A stretch of DNA of 63,302 nt, filler included, from Octopus bimaculoides (taxonomy: Eukaryota), in NCBI RefSeq assembly GCF_001194135.2. It is 7 parts of 6 records of this genome, joined end to end, with 100 filler letters (N's around TTAATTAATTAA, not from the genome) between each part and the next. Parts side by side here need not be neighbours in the genome. Positions count along the whole stretch, not along the records: positions 36,703 to 49,214 come from NC_069001.1; positions 49,315 to 59,109 come from NC_069010.1; 5 more parts are not named here. One strand, written 5' to 3'. The position numbers and the translations under genes were made by a program. The notes beneath the pieces were generated by a model. It was not told the origin of the DNA. It was given only the letters and a program-made list of their open reading frames with translations, and made no database searches. Below are positions 38,826 to 51,262 of the stretch, one piece after another. How positions within the stretch are numbered: the first letter of the stretch is position 1; each line of letters opens with the position of its first letter.

Positions 38826-39018
38826 TTCTGTTGTGTCTGGGTAGAGTCATTCTCTTTTAGTGCTTTATAATTTAACACACCGGCAGACTAGTGAAAAGGT
38901 TGCAAGACGCGACGGAAATTTTAGAAAAATAAATAAGAAATGAGTGGAAACTGAACCGGTGAGTGTGTTAAATTATATGGCTACTAAAAGAGAATGACTC
39001 TCCCCAGATGCAACAGTA
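38826..39018. mobile_element. MITE with about 60-bp terminal inverted repeats
   Basis: Left CTGTTGTGTCTGGGTAGAGTCATTCTCTTTTAGTGCTTTATAATTTAACACAC pairs with right GTGTGTTAAATTATATGGCTACTAAAAGAGAATGACTCTCCCCAGATGCAACAG; TA-rich flanks. Confidence 0.85.
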
Positions 39019-39082
39019 TATGCTTCAACACACGAACTCACATAATCTTCCAAACCAAATCCCAAAACGAAATATATCTATC

Positions 39083-39132
<50 letters not shown>

Positions 39133-39207
39133 AAACTTACTTGGAAGAGGACGCGTGGCGTTCAATCATATAATAATATAAATAATATATATATATATAT
39201 ATATTTG

Positions 39208-39238
<31 letters not shown>

Positions 39239-39313
39239 CTCACACATATATGCACTCATGCATTCACTCATATACGCGTGTACATATATATGCACATACA
39301 TAGTCGGTGAGTC

Positions 39314-39347
<34 letters not shown>

Positions 39348-39401
39348 CACACACATACATACACATATGTACATATTTATATGTATGTATATATTCTCAA
39401 A

Positions 39402-39432
<31 letters not shown>

Positions 39433-39441
39433 GTATATATG

Positions 39442-39504
<63 letters not shown>

Positions 39505-39764
39505 NNNNNNNNNNNNNNNNNNNNNNNNNNNNNNNNNNNNNNNNNNNNNNNNNNNNNNNNNNNNNNNNNNNNNNNNNNNNNNNNNNNNNNNNNNNNNNNN
39601 NNNNNNNNNNNNNNNNNNNNNNNNNNNNNNNNNNNNNNNNNNNNNNNNNNNNNNNNNNNNNNNNNNNNNNNNNNNNNNNNNNNNNNNNNNNNNNNNNNNN
39701 NNNNNNNNNNNNNNNNNNNNNNNNNNNNNNNNNNNNNNNNNNNNNNNNNNNNNNNNNNCTTACA

Positions 39765-39850
39765 CATATATTTATTCTTTTACTTGTTTCAGTCATTTGA
39801 CTGCAGCCATGCACCAACTTGAAGGGTTTTCAGTCAAAGAAATCGACCCC
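39765..39850 (-). mobile_element. SINE family A 3' tail fragment
   Basis: TATTCTTTTACTTGTTTCAGTCATTTGACTGCAGCCATGC is the reverse complement of the tail at about 10140-10180. Confidence 0.8.
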
Positions 39851-39851
39851 A

Positions 39852-39890
<39 letters not shown>

Positions 39891-40793
39891 TGAGTACAAA
39901 CTTATACATATATAGAGATATGTACATATATACATAGTAATATGTATAGATGCATAACATACCTTCACGCAGACAGTTAAATCTGTTTAAAAATGCGATG
40001 TTCACGGTTGTTAGAAAGTTGATTAGAAATAGGTCTGCTGCATCAGGACTTCCCTATGGCTAAACAACATCAGTAACAACAACATCCAAAAATCTCTCGA
40101 ACATATTTACTATACACAACGACGACGGCGACTCCATAACGATATCACTTCCTCTTCCTCTTCCTCTTTATCTCACGCTCTTTCTCTTTACTTCTATCTC
40201 TCCCTTCCTCTCGTCTGCTTCCCAGACAGACGTTCTTGGCTGGCAGGCTTGCTGGCTGGTTGGTCAGTAATGGTGGTAAATCGAGTGATTGGCATTAGAG
40301 AACTTCTCTGAGAGCAGAGTTTCGGTGTCGTTCACCCTCCGTAAAGAAAACCCGAAACAGTGGAACCAACGGCAGGGCTTTTATATGCTTGCTCAATCTT
40401 TTATGAACAGCTGTCAAATCTTCTCCAAATCACCCACACTCACTCATAAAAACACGCATACACATACACACATACGCATATATTCACGCAACTTAAGGTT
40501 GTTTTTATTTTTTAAACGTAATGTAGTACTTTTTGGATACTTTGTGGCCTTTCTGAAAGAGACAGTATGGTCACAACTGGAGTGTCTTTATTGATAGATC
40601 TGTTGCTGGATCATGACTGACTTGGGGATAAGCAACCACAACGACAACAACAATAACAGCAGCAACAAAAACAACAAAAACAACGGCTACAACGAAAGTT
40701 TCTGAACACCTCTACGAAGCCCTTTTTGGTTGTCAACAGGAGACGATCGATCTTATCTCTCTCTCTCTCCCCCTCTCGCTATCTGTCTGCCTG

Positions 40794-40843
<50 letters not shown>

Positions 40844-40877
40844 AGTCCATCTATCAATCTCTCTATCTCTCTCTCTC

Positions 40878-40926
<49 letters not shown>

Positions 40927-41122
40927 ATCTATCTGCCAATTTCTTTCTCTCCTTCTTTCTTTCTCTCCTTCTTTCCTCTACATTCCTTTCTTCACTCTAT
41001 CTCATTCATTCCTCCATATTTCTATTCCTCTTTTCCGTTCATCCGTTCTTACATTCGTTTCATCCATTCTACTATTCTATTCTCTCTATCTTCTAAACCT
41101 CACCCCCATCAGCTACATCTCC

Positions 41123-41170
<48 letters not shown>

Positions 41171-41903
41171 TTCTCCCTCTCGTTCTGACTACTATTTAGA
41201 ACACTACTAATACTACCTTTATATAGAGAAGCACGCACCTGCACACCCACACACGCGAACACACACACGAACACACACACACACACACACACAAACACAC
41301 ACGCATACACACACACACGTATCACGCACACACACTTACACACACCACACGCATACGCACACACAGACCCCCCACCAACACAAGCGTACGCTTCATAAAA
41401 CAAAACCCACATTTGCATACGTGTATGCGTATATACAGAAAACGCACACACATACATACATAATTATACATACACACGTACACACACACAGACAGACACA
41501 CACACTCACACACGCACGCATACACACACACACACACACATACACACCTATATACACGTACACATAGGAACATACGCACAGGTGTGCACGTCAGGAAATA
41601 ACAAAGCTTTATTACATTTGAGAAGGTGCGCGCGTATACAAATATTCATACACACGCACACTCACACGCACACACACATACACACACACATATCCTGACT
41701 GCAAACACACAGACAAACACGTACTCATATAGACATATACAGACAGACAAACAGACAGACAGAGAGGCAGAAAAACATGCATACATGCATTTGTATTACT
41801 CATATTTAAAATCTGTGAACGTAACTCTACATGTATATATTTATTTACATATGATATATACATCACTTTTTTTATAATACATACACAAATACACACACGC
41901 GCA

Positions 41904-41954
<51 letters not shown>

Positions 41955-42399
41955 ATATATATATATATACACATACACATATATATGCATATATATACAC
42001 GACCACTACCACCATCANNNNNNNNNNNNNNNNNNNNNNNNNNNNNNNNNNNNNNNNNNNNNNNNNNNNNNNNNNNNNNNNNNNNNNNNNNNNNNNNNNN
42101 NNNNNNNNNNNNNNNNNNNNNNNNNNNNNNNNNNNNNNNNNNNNNNNNNNNNNNNNNNNNNNNNNNNNNNNNNNNNNNNNNNNNNNNNNNNNNNNNNNNN
42201 NNNNNNNNNNNNNNNNNNNNNNNNNNNNNNNNNNNNNNNNNNNNNNNNNNNNNNNNNNNNNNNNNNNNNNNNNNNNNNNNNNNNNNNNNNNNNNNNNNNN
42301 NNNNNNNNNNNNNNNNNNNNNNNNNNNNNNNNNNNNNNNNNNNNNNNNNNNNNNNNNNNNNNNNNNNNNNNNNNNNNNNNNNNNNNNNNNNNNNNNNNN

Positions 42400-42681
42400 G
42401 GAACCGGCCGAAGGCGGTGTTAGTGGTCAGTGCCCACTGGTCGGAGCAGATTGCTACGGTGATGGAAGACAAGTCACACTCGCTTTATTACGATTACTAT
42501 GGTTTCCCGGACAGTACATACAACGTGAAGTGGCAAGTTTCTGGCGCTCCGGCCGTGGCGGCCCGGGTGTTGCAGCTGTTTAAGGCAAAAGGAATAAGTT
42601 GTACCAATATTCACAGCCGAGGTCTGGATCATGGAGTGTTTGTACCTCTTAGTTTAATTTGGCCGAGAGCCAATGTCCCAG
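42400..42681 (+). CDS. Exon of a LigB-family (class III) extradiol ring-cleavage dioxygenase, 4,5-DOPA dioxygenase/YgiD-like
   Basis: NRPKAVLVVSAHWSEQIATVMEDKSHSLYYDYYGFPDSTYNVKWQVSGAPAVAARVLQLFKAKGISCTNIHSRGLDHGVFVPLSLIWPRANVP contains the family motifs SAHW, YDxxGFP, GAP and RGLDHGxFVPL. Stop-free, about 52% GC by hand count, ends at CCAG|GTAACA (phase 1). 5' part hidden in gap 42018-42399; no downstream exon seen. Confidence 0.93.
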
Positions 42682-42791
42682 GTAACAAATTTATTATATA
42701 CCATTTTGTATTTGTTATAATCTAACTGTGTGTCTATGTGTGTGTATGTGCGTCCGTCCATCCATCCATCCATCCATCCATCCATCCATCC

Positions 42792-42832
<41 letters not shown>

Positions 42833-43291
42833 GTGAGTGTACACACGTAGAGGCATAAATGTACGGTGCATAAATAAAGTGTGCGCACGTACGTGTAATT
42901 CTACGTGCACGGGTATGTATGTATATGTGCGTATGTGTGTATGTATATTTACATACACACTGTATGTAAATATACACTGTAGGCATGTATGTGTGCATAT
43001 TTATGCACATAAGTATGTATGTTTATATATNNNNNNNNNNTATATATACACACACACACTCAGCTAGCTATCAGTCTATCACTTGATCGATCGATCGATG
43101 GATCGATCAAATTTACTACATAGATATACGTAGCGTATACGTAAGCATAATATATATGCGTGCATGTATGTAGAATAGGCGTATATGTTTATACTTACAT
43201 ATTTTCGTGTATGTTTTCTATGAGTATACAAAGAGTAAAAGTACGGATTTGCATCTGGTATTTACTTAAATTGTCAGGAAATATGTAAATA

Positions 43292-43326
<35 letters not shown>

Positions 43327-43553
43327 ATGTGTGTCGGTATCTCTGTATCTCTGTATCTCTGTATCTCTGTATAAATAAATATTTATATGTGTATATATNN
43401 NNNNNNNNNNNNNNNNNNNNNNNNNNNNNNNNNNNNNNNNNNNNNNNNNNNNNNNNNNNNNNNNNNNNNNNNNNNNNNNNNNNNNNNNNNNNNNNNNNNN
43501 NNNNNNNNNNNNNNNNNNNNNNNNNNNNATATATATATATATGCATGTACGTA

Positions 43554-43658
<105 letters not shown>

Positions 43659-43986
43659 GCATATCTATCTATCTATCTATCTGATTGTAAATACATGCAT
43701 CTTGTGGAGTATTTGTTTAGGTAAATATAAATAAACTCACACGGACGTATATGTATATACACATACACGCATACATACATACATACATACATACAAAAGG
43801 ATGCTGAAGAGCTCCTAGCTTTGGGTAAAAGAAAATTACAGAAGAATCAGTTAATTACGATTTTATTCAACATATTCCCTTCTCAGATTCACACAATTAT
43901 TGCAGCAGTGTTGCAGTTTTTCTCAGCCCTTTTGTAACACTGTTAAAGCTAGGAACTTTTCAGTACACAAGCACCGCCCCACTCCC

Positions 43987-44027
<41 letters not shown>

Positions 44028-44173
44028 TTGTATGTATATATGTACATGCATACATATGTACATACATACAATACATACATGCATCATGCAAACGAACATA
44101 CATACTCGCACAACACACAGGCGCCCACACAAACACACACACACACACACACGCATACACACACACACACACG

Positions 44174-44216
<43 letters not shown>

Positions 44217-44709
44217 GTATATATATATATATACATGCATACATACATACATACATACATCATAAAAACGAACATACATACTCACACAATACACGGGCGC
44301 GCACACAAACACACATACACATACAAACACTCACACACACACACGCACACACACGCGCACACATATAGGAGTCTATGTGTGTGTGTGCGCGTGGCGGGGT
44401 GTCTTAGTTCTTGATGGAGGGGTGGCGTAGATGTAACACCGTTATATTTGGCGTCTGATGGTCATTTTTGATGCTCGACTTAATCCATCCCTGCCAAGAT
44501 ATGAATAGAGACGATTTGTTCCAAAGACAAACTGGGAAAGAGAGAAAAAGAGAACAGAAGTCTTGGATTACATAACTGGGATTATAGTATTTGTGCCCCA
44601 CGAAAGGATAAAAGGCAGATATAAGACGGCGGCTTTTGAACTTAGAGAATAGAGCACTGGAACGGAGACTACGATATGTTCAGTAGGGTTCTCTGACGCA
44701 CTGCACACA

Positions 44710-44797
<88 letters not shown>

Positions 44798-44804
44798 CTT
44801 CCAC

Positions 44805-44965
44805 TTGTTTCAGCGATTAGACTGTAGCCATATAGGGGCAACATGGTACTTATTTTTTTAAAGTGTGGTACTTATTCTATCGTTGTCTTTCACCAAACCG
44901 CTAAGTTACGGGGACGTAGACGCACCAGTATCGGTTGTCAAGCGATGCTAGTGGACAAACACAGA
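44805..44965 (-). mobile_element. SINE family A tail fragment
   Basis: CCGCTAAGTTACGGGGACGTA..CACCAGTATCGGTTGTCAAGCGATG..GGACAAACACAGAC is the reverse complement of the family A tail. Confidence 0.8.
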
Positions 44966-45470
44966 CACAGACGAATATATATGTGTATACATACGTACAT
45001 ATATATATGTGTGTGTATATATATATTTACATATATATATATGTACATATATGTATATTTATGTACATATATGTATATATGTACATATATATGTACATAT
45101 ATGTATATTTATGTACATATATGTANNNNNNNNNNNNNNNNNNNNNNNNNNNNNNNNNNNNNNNNNNNNNNNNNNNNNNNNNNNNNNNNNNNNNNNNNNN
45201 NNNNNNNNNNNNNNNNNNNNNNNNNNNNNNNNNNNNNNNNNNNNNNNNNNNNNNNNNNNNNNNNNNNNNNNNNNNNNNNNNNNNNNNNNNNNNNNNNNNN
45301 NNNNNNNNNNNNNNNNNNNNNNNNNNNNNNNNNNNNNNNNNNNNNNNNNNNNNNNNNNNNNNNNNNNNNNNNNNNNNNNNNNNNNNNNNNNNNNNNNNNN
45401 NNNNNNNNNNNNNNNNNNNNNNNNNNNNNNNNNNNNNNNNNNNNNNNNNNNNNNNNNNNNNNNNNNNNNN

Positions 45471-45527
<57 letters not shown>

Positions 45528-45786
45528 TACATATGTGTGTGTGTATATATATATATAGATATCAGTGGGGCAGCTGATGATGGGGCGGGGTGTTAGGTTG
45601 GTATAGCTGTTATTGTATGTGGAATAGTTTTATAAGACACCTATTTGCTATATACTCATGTATACGCATAAATGCACACACACACACATATGTATATATA
45701 TATGTATATATACTTATACACACACTTGTATATATACGCATGTATATATATATCTCTCTATATATATGTAGATATGTATATATCTA

Positions 45787-45836
<50 letters not shown>

Positions 45837-46795
45837 NNNNNNNNNNNNNNNNNNNNNNNNNNNNNNNNNNNNNNNNNNNNNNNNNNNNNNNNNNNNNNNN
45901 NNNNNNNNNNNNNNNNNNNNNNNNNNNNNNNNNNNNNNNNNNNNNNNNNNNNNNNNNNNNNNNNNNNNNNNNNNNNNNNNNNNNNNNNNNNNNNNNNNNN
46001 NNNNNNNNNNNNNNNNNNNNNNNNNNNNNNNNNNNNNNNNNNNNNNNNNNNNNNNNNNNNNNNNNNNNNNNNNNNNNNNNNNNNNNNNNNNNNNNNNNNN
46101 NNNNNNNNNNNNNNNNNNNNNNNNNNNNNNNNNNNNNNNNNNNNNNNNNNNNNNNNNNNNNNNNNNNNNNNNNNNNNNNNNNNNNNNNNNNNNNNNNNNN
46201 NNNNNNNNNNNNNNNNNNNNNNNNNNNNNNNNNNNNNNNNNNNNNNNNNNNNNNNNNNNNNNNNNNNNNNNNNNNNNNNNNNNNNNNNNNNNNNNNNNNN
46301 NNNNNNNNNNNNNNNNNNNNNNNNNNNNNNNNNNNNNNNNNNNNNNNNNNNNNNNNNNNNNNNNNNNNNNNNNNNNNNNNNNNNNNNNNNNNNNNNNNNN
46401 NNNNNNNNNNNNNNNNNNNNNNNNNNNNNNNNNNNNNNNNNNNNNNNNNNNNNNNNNNNNNNNNNNNNNNNNNNNNNNNNNNNNNNNNNNNNNNNNNNNN
46501 NNNNNNNNNNNNNNNNNNNNNNNNNNNNNNNNNNNNNNNNNNNNNNNNNNNNNNNNNNNNNNNNNNNNNNNNNNNNNNNNNNNNNNNNNNNNNNNNNNNN
46601 NNNNNNNNNNNNNNNNNNNNNNNNNNNNNNNNNNNNNNNNNNNNNNNNNNNNNNNNNNNNNNNNNNNNNNNNNNNNNNNNNTATATATATATATATATAT
46701 ATATATATGGATATATATATATATACACGCACACATACATTTATAATGCATGCACACACACATACACTTACATACACACACACACTTACACACAC

Positions 46796-46826
<31 letters not shown>

Positions 46827-47346
46827 TTCATACGCACTTGCATGACTGGATCTTGGCGAGAATTTGCAGCCACGAGTCTTCCGGTGTTCCATCAACAATA
46901 AACAAAACAAGATTCATTCAGTTATGTTTTTATGCGGCTGAATATTCTGTAGAACACATGAACATTCAACATTATTCTCAGACCCAGACTAATCAACATA
47001 ACACTGTATTATAAAGTTGTACTTGTTAAATGATGAGTACAAGTCCATCCGACAGGTTTCCGTACAGTGTCCCCTCTACTCAGATTCACTCATAGGGTTG
47101 GGTGTGACTCGAATATATAGAAAGTGGTACTATCCCTTCCTATTCACATTCTTTGTTTCAGTGTGTGTGTGTATGCGTGTGTATATATTTTATGTATATG
47201 TGTGTGTTTGCGTGTATACACACTCACAGACATACATATATACACATATATATATATATATATAAATATATATATACATATACATATACATACATACATA
47301 CATACATAAACACATACATACAAACATACATATATATATCTATATA

Positions 47347-47506
47347 TAGGCGCAAGAGTGGCTGTATAGTAAGTAGCTTGCTTACCAACCACATGGTTCC
47401 GGGTTCAGTCCCTGTGCGTGGTATCTTTGGCTAGTGTCTTCTACTATAGCCTCGGACCGACCAAATCCTTGAGTTGATTTGGTAGACGGAAACTGAAAGA
47501 ATCTCA

Positions 47507-47544
<38 letters not shown>

Positions 47545-47740
47545 TTGTATGTTTGTGTGTCTGTGTTTGTCCCCCTCCATCATTTGACAACCGATGCTGG
47601 TGTGTTTACGTCCCGTAAATTAGCGGCTCGGCAAAAGAGACCAATAGGATAAGTCCTGGGGTCGATTTGTTCGACTAAAGGCGGTGCTCCAGCATGGCCG
47701 CAGTCAAATGACAGAAACAAATAAAAGAATAAAAGAATAA
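47347..47740 (+). mobile_element. SINE family A, full length
   Basis: Head GGCGCAAGAGTGGCTGTATAGTAAGTAGCTTGCTT..GGTTCCGGGTTCAGTCCC, internal (TG)n, standard tail. Confidence 0.9.
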
Positions 47741-47774
47741 AAGAATATAAATGCAAACACAGACATATACACAC

Positions 47775-47965
47775 ATGCTTTTATCTTTCAACCATTGGAC
47801 TGAAAGCTGGGGGAACAGCGTTGAAGGGTTTAAGTCGAACATATCGATCCTAGGACTTATTTTTTCAAGCCTGGTGCTCATTCACTCCATCACTTTTCCC
47901 GAACCGCTAGGTTATGGGAATGGTAACGAACAGCATCGGGTGTCAAGCGGTTGGGGACAAATACA
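47775..47965 (-). mobile_element. SINE family A tail, diverged, inverted relative to the adjacent copy
   Basis: Reverse complement: GTCTGTATTTGTCCCCAACCGCTTGACACCCGATGCTG..AGCGGTTCGG..AATAAGTCCTAGGATCGATATGTTCGACT. Confidence 0.75.
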
Positions 47966-48073
47966 GACTGAGAGATACACACATAGAAACATACATACAT
48001 ATATATGTAAAGAGAGAGAGAGAGGGGGGGAGGGATATATATATATATACATACGTATATACACACATACATA

Positions 48074-48131
<58 letters not shown>

Positions 48132-48530
48132 TATAAAACAGAGATGTGATAAAAGAATAAATGAGGACCTTCATTAACTTACGGCTGTTTCTACTATGAG
48201 ATGCAATAGTCTCATATTTGAGTGCTTGAATAACTCGTTATAGATTCATCGGAGCCCCCCCCCCCACACATACATATATAGGCTCCGATGAAGCTATACG
48301 GTATTATTCAGTCTATTGGAGTATTCCAACAAGTCATAATGTAATCTTTGTATTGTCCGTTTTCATGCCCTGATGATTTTCCACCCTAGATATTTTGAAA
48401 TGCAAGCTTATATATTTGTATATGTTTTGTAGTTCAAATTGGATGTGAAATGAAACAATTGTAGGTGAAGATTAATAAATTACTTCGTTTCCATTGGATC
48501 TCTTCGCTTTGAAACTTATATACATATATA

Positions 48531-49214
48531 CAAAGGTGATACTCAAAAGTAACCGGAAATGTTCTCTGTGGAACAAGCCCGATGTAGTTCAGGATTCCGC
48601 AGCTAGAAGCCAATTTGAGGCGATCCTCAGACATCAGTCTGCCGACCGGTGTCGTAGTCTGGGGTTCTCTGCTACGTGGTGCACCTTTGTTTTGCAGCGT
48701 TTCTCTCCTGTTCGTCGATTTTTGCGATGGCTGAAACGAAGGAACAGAGTGCTTGCTTGGAATTCTGTTTTATGCTGGGGAAAACGGCGGTCGAAACAGT
48801 TGTCACGCATCAAACAGCATACAAGGTCGCTGCTATGAGCAAAACACAAGTTTACACGTGGTTTTCACGCTTTAGGAATGGTCACTTGTTGCTTAAGAAC
48901 CAACCCTCGTTTAGAACAACCGTCGACCTCCCGAACGAATGAAAACATCAGGAAAATTCATGAACTGATCTTAGAGGGCCATCATCAAACAATTGACGAA
49001 CTTGTTGATATGACTGCTTTGTCCTGGAGCTGCTGCCAACGAATTTTGAGCGAGGAATTGCAAATGAAAAGGTTTGCAGCAAAATTTGTGCCTCACTTAC
49101 TCACGGATGATCAAAAGCAGTCAGGGCTGAATGCGTGTCGTGAACTGAAAGAACAGTTGGACGTTGATCCAGACCTTTTTTCAAAGGTCATCACTGGTGA
49201 CGAAAGCTGGTGAT
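48531..49214 (+). mobile_element. Mariner transposon 5' half, frameshifted transposase
   Basis: TIR-like start TA|CAAAGGTGATACTCAAAAGTAACCGGAA; ATG at 48727 MAETKEQSACLEFCFMLGKTAVET..QVYTWFSRFRNG; then PSTSRTNENIRKI..KFVPHLLT..VITGDESW (first catalytic Asp); cut by the linker. Confidence 0.93.
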
Positions 49215-49492
49215 NNNNNNNNNNNNNNNNNNNNNNNNNNNNNNNNNNNNNNNNNNNNTTAATTAATTAANNNNNNNNNNNNNNNNNNNNNNNNNNNNNN
49301 NNNNNNNNNNNNNNCCCCCCCCCCCCTTTTTTTTTTTTCCATTTAAATAAGTTTTTATTGTTTATTTTCTTTGTTGGTTAATTTTACTCCAGCTCTCTGC
49401 TGTTCGTCCCAAATTCAGTAAAACAAAGTCTGTAGCCAAGGGATTTGGATCAGTTTTAAATCCTCTGCTACCCCTTTCTTTCTTCTAGTTAA

Positions 49493-50075
49493 CTCTTTAG
49501 CATTTAAACTGGCCCCTATCCAGCCCAAATATTCTACCTACTCTGCATTAAACCTGGCCAGATTCAGCCTCTTACACCCTACCTACGTCTTTTTAACCCT
49601 TTAGCATTTAATCCGGCCTGAATATTCTACCTGTTTTGTGTTGAAGCCAACCATATCCAACCTCTCGCACATAGCCTACAATGCCATTCTAAAAAATATG
49701 CAAATACACCATTGAAATCTTGAAGATACAAGATAACACATGATAAATTCAAAACAGTGTGAATAAATAAGCAATACGCTTGTTAGATTAATCTGAATGC
49801 GATGAGCTGGCAGAACCGTTAGCAAGCTGGGTGAAATGCTTAGCGGCATTTCGTCTGTCTTTACGTTCTGAGTTCAAATTCCGCCGAGGTCGACTTTGCC
49901 TTTCATCCTTTCGGGGTCGATAAATTAAGTACCACTTGCATACTGGGGTCGATCTAATCGACTGGCTCCCTCCCCCAAAATTTCAGGCCTAGAGTAGAAA
50001 AGGTTATTAAAAAGTATATGAAAAGCAAAACTGTAACCAAATCGAAATTTTATATATCATTTAAATGCTAAAGGC
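49493..50075. mobile_element. piggyBac-like non-autonomous element with two left ends and a nested SINE
   Basis: TTAA|CTCTTTAGCATTTAAA at 49489 and TTAA|CCCTTTAGCATTTAA at 49593; inverted TTTAAATGCTAAAGG at 50060-50074 (right TTAA degenerate). Confidence 0.6.
49800..50008 (+). mobile_element. SINE family C nested in the piggyBac-like MITE
   Basis: Near-consensus family C copy lying between the TIRs. Confidence 0.9.
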
Positions 50076-51132
50076 TTTCTTCTCAGTCTCCCATCTATCC
50101 ATCTCCCTATCTATATATCTACTATCTATCTATCTGTCCATCTATTTGTCTGTCTGCAATTANNNNNNNNNNNNNNNNNNNNNNNNNNNNNNNNNNNNNN
50201 NNNNNNNNNNNNNNNNNNNNNNNNNNNNNNNNNNNNNNNNNNNNNNNNNNNNNNNNNNNNNNNNNNNNNNNNNNNNNNNNNNNNNNNNNNNNNNNNNNNN
50301 NNNNNNNNNNNNNNNNNNNNNNNNNNNNNNNNNNNNNNNNNNNNNNNNNNNNNNNNNNNNNNNNNNNNNNNNNNNNNNNNNNNNNNNNNNNNNNNNNNNN
50401 NNNNNNNNNNNNNNNNNNNNNNNNNNNNNNNNNNNNNNNNNNNNNNNNNNNNNNNNNNNNNNNNNNNNNNNNNNNNNNNNNNNNNNNNNNNNNNNNNNNN
50501 NNNNNNNNNNNNNNNNNNNNNNNNNNNNNNNNNNNNNNNNNNNNNNNNNNNNNNNNNNNNNNNNNNNNNNNNNNNNNNNNNNNNNNNNNNNNNNNNNNNN
50601 NNNNNNNNNNNNNNNNNNNNNNNNNNNNNNNNNNNNNNNNNNNNNNNNNNNNNNNNNNNNNNNNNNNNNNNNNNNNNNNNNNNNNNNNNNNNNNNNNNNN
50701 NNNNNNNNNNNNNNNNNNNNNNNNNNNNNNNNNNNNNNNNNNNNNNNNNNNNNNNNNNNNNNNNNNNNNNNNNNNNNNNNNNNNNNNNNNNNNNNNNNNN
50801 NNNNNNNNNNNNNNNNNNNNNNNNNNNNNNNNNNNNNNNNNNNNNNNNNNNNNNNNNNNNNNNNNNNNNNNNNNNNNNNNNNNNNNNNNNNNNNNNNNNN
50901 NNNNNNNNNNNNNNNNNNNNNNNNNNNNNNNNNNNNNNNNNNNNNNNNNNNNNNNNNNNNNNNNNNNNNNNNNNNNNNNNNNNNNNNNNNNNNNNNNNNN
51001 NNNNNNNNNNNNNNNNNNNNNNNNNNNNNNNNNNNNNNNNNNNNNNNNNNNNNNNNNNNNNNNNNNNNNNNNNNATATATATATATATATATATATACAT
51101 ATATACACATATATACATACATACATATATAT

Positions 51133-51173
<41 letters not shown>

Positions 51174-51211
51174 GTCCAACCCATGCTAGCATGGAAAGCG
51201 GATGTTAAACG

Positions 51212-51262
<51 letters not shown>

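Noticed and set aside
43890-43975. Candidate next dioxygenase exon after TTCCCTTCTCAG (contains VLQFS)
   Set aside because: Wrong phase for the 42681 donor and lacks the expected LxPLRxxGVLIxGSG..HN motif.
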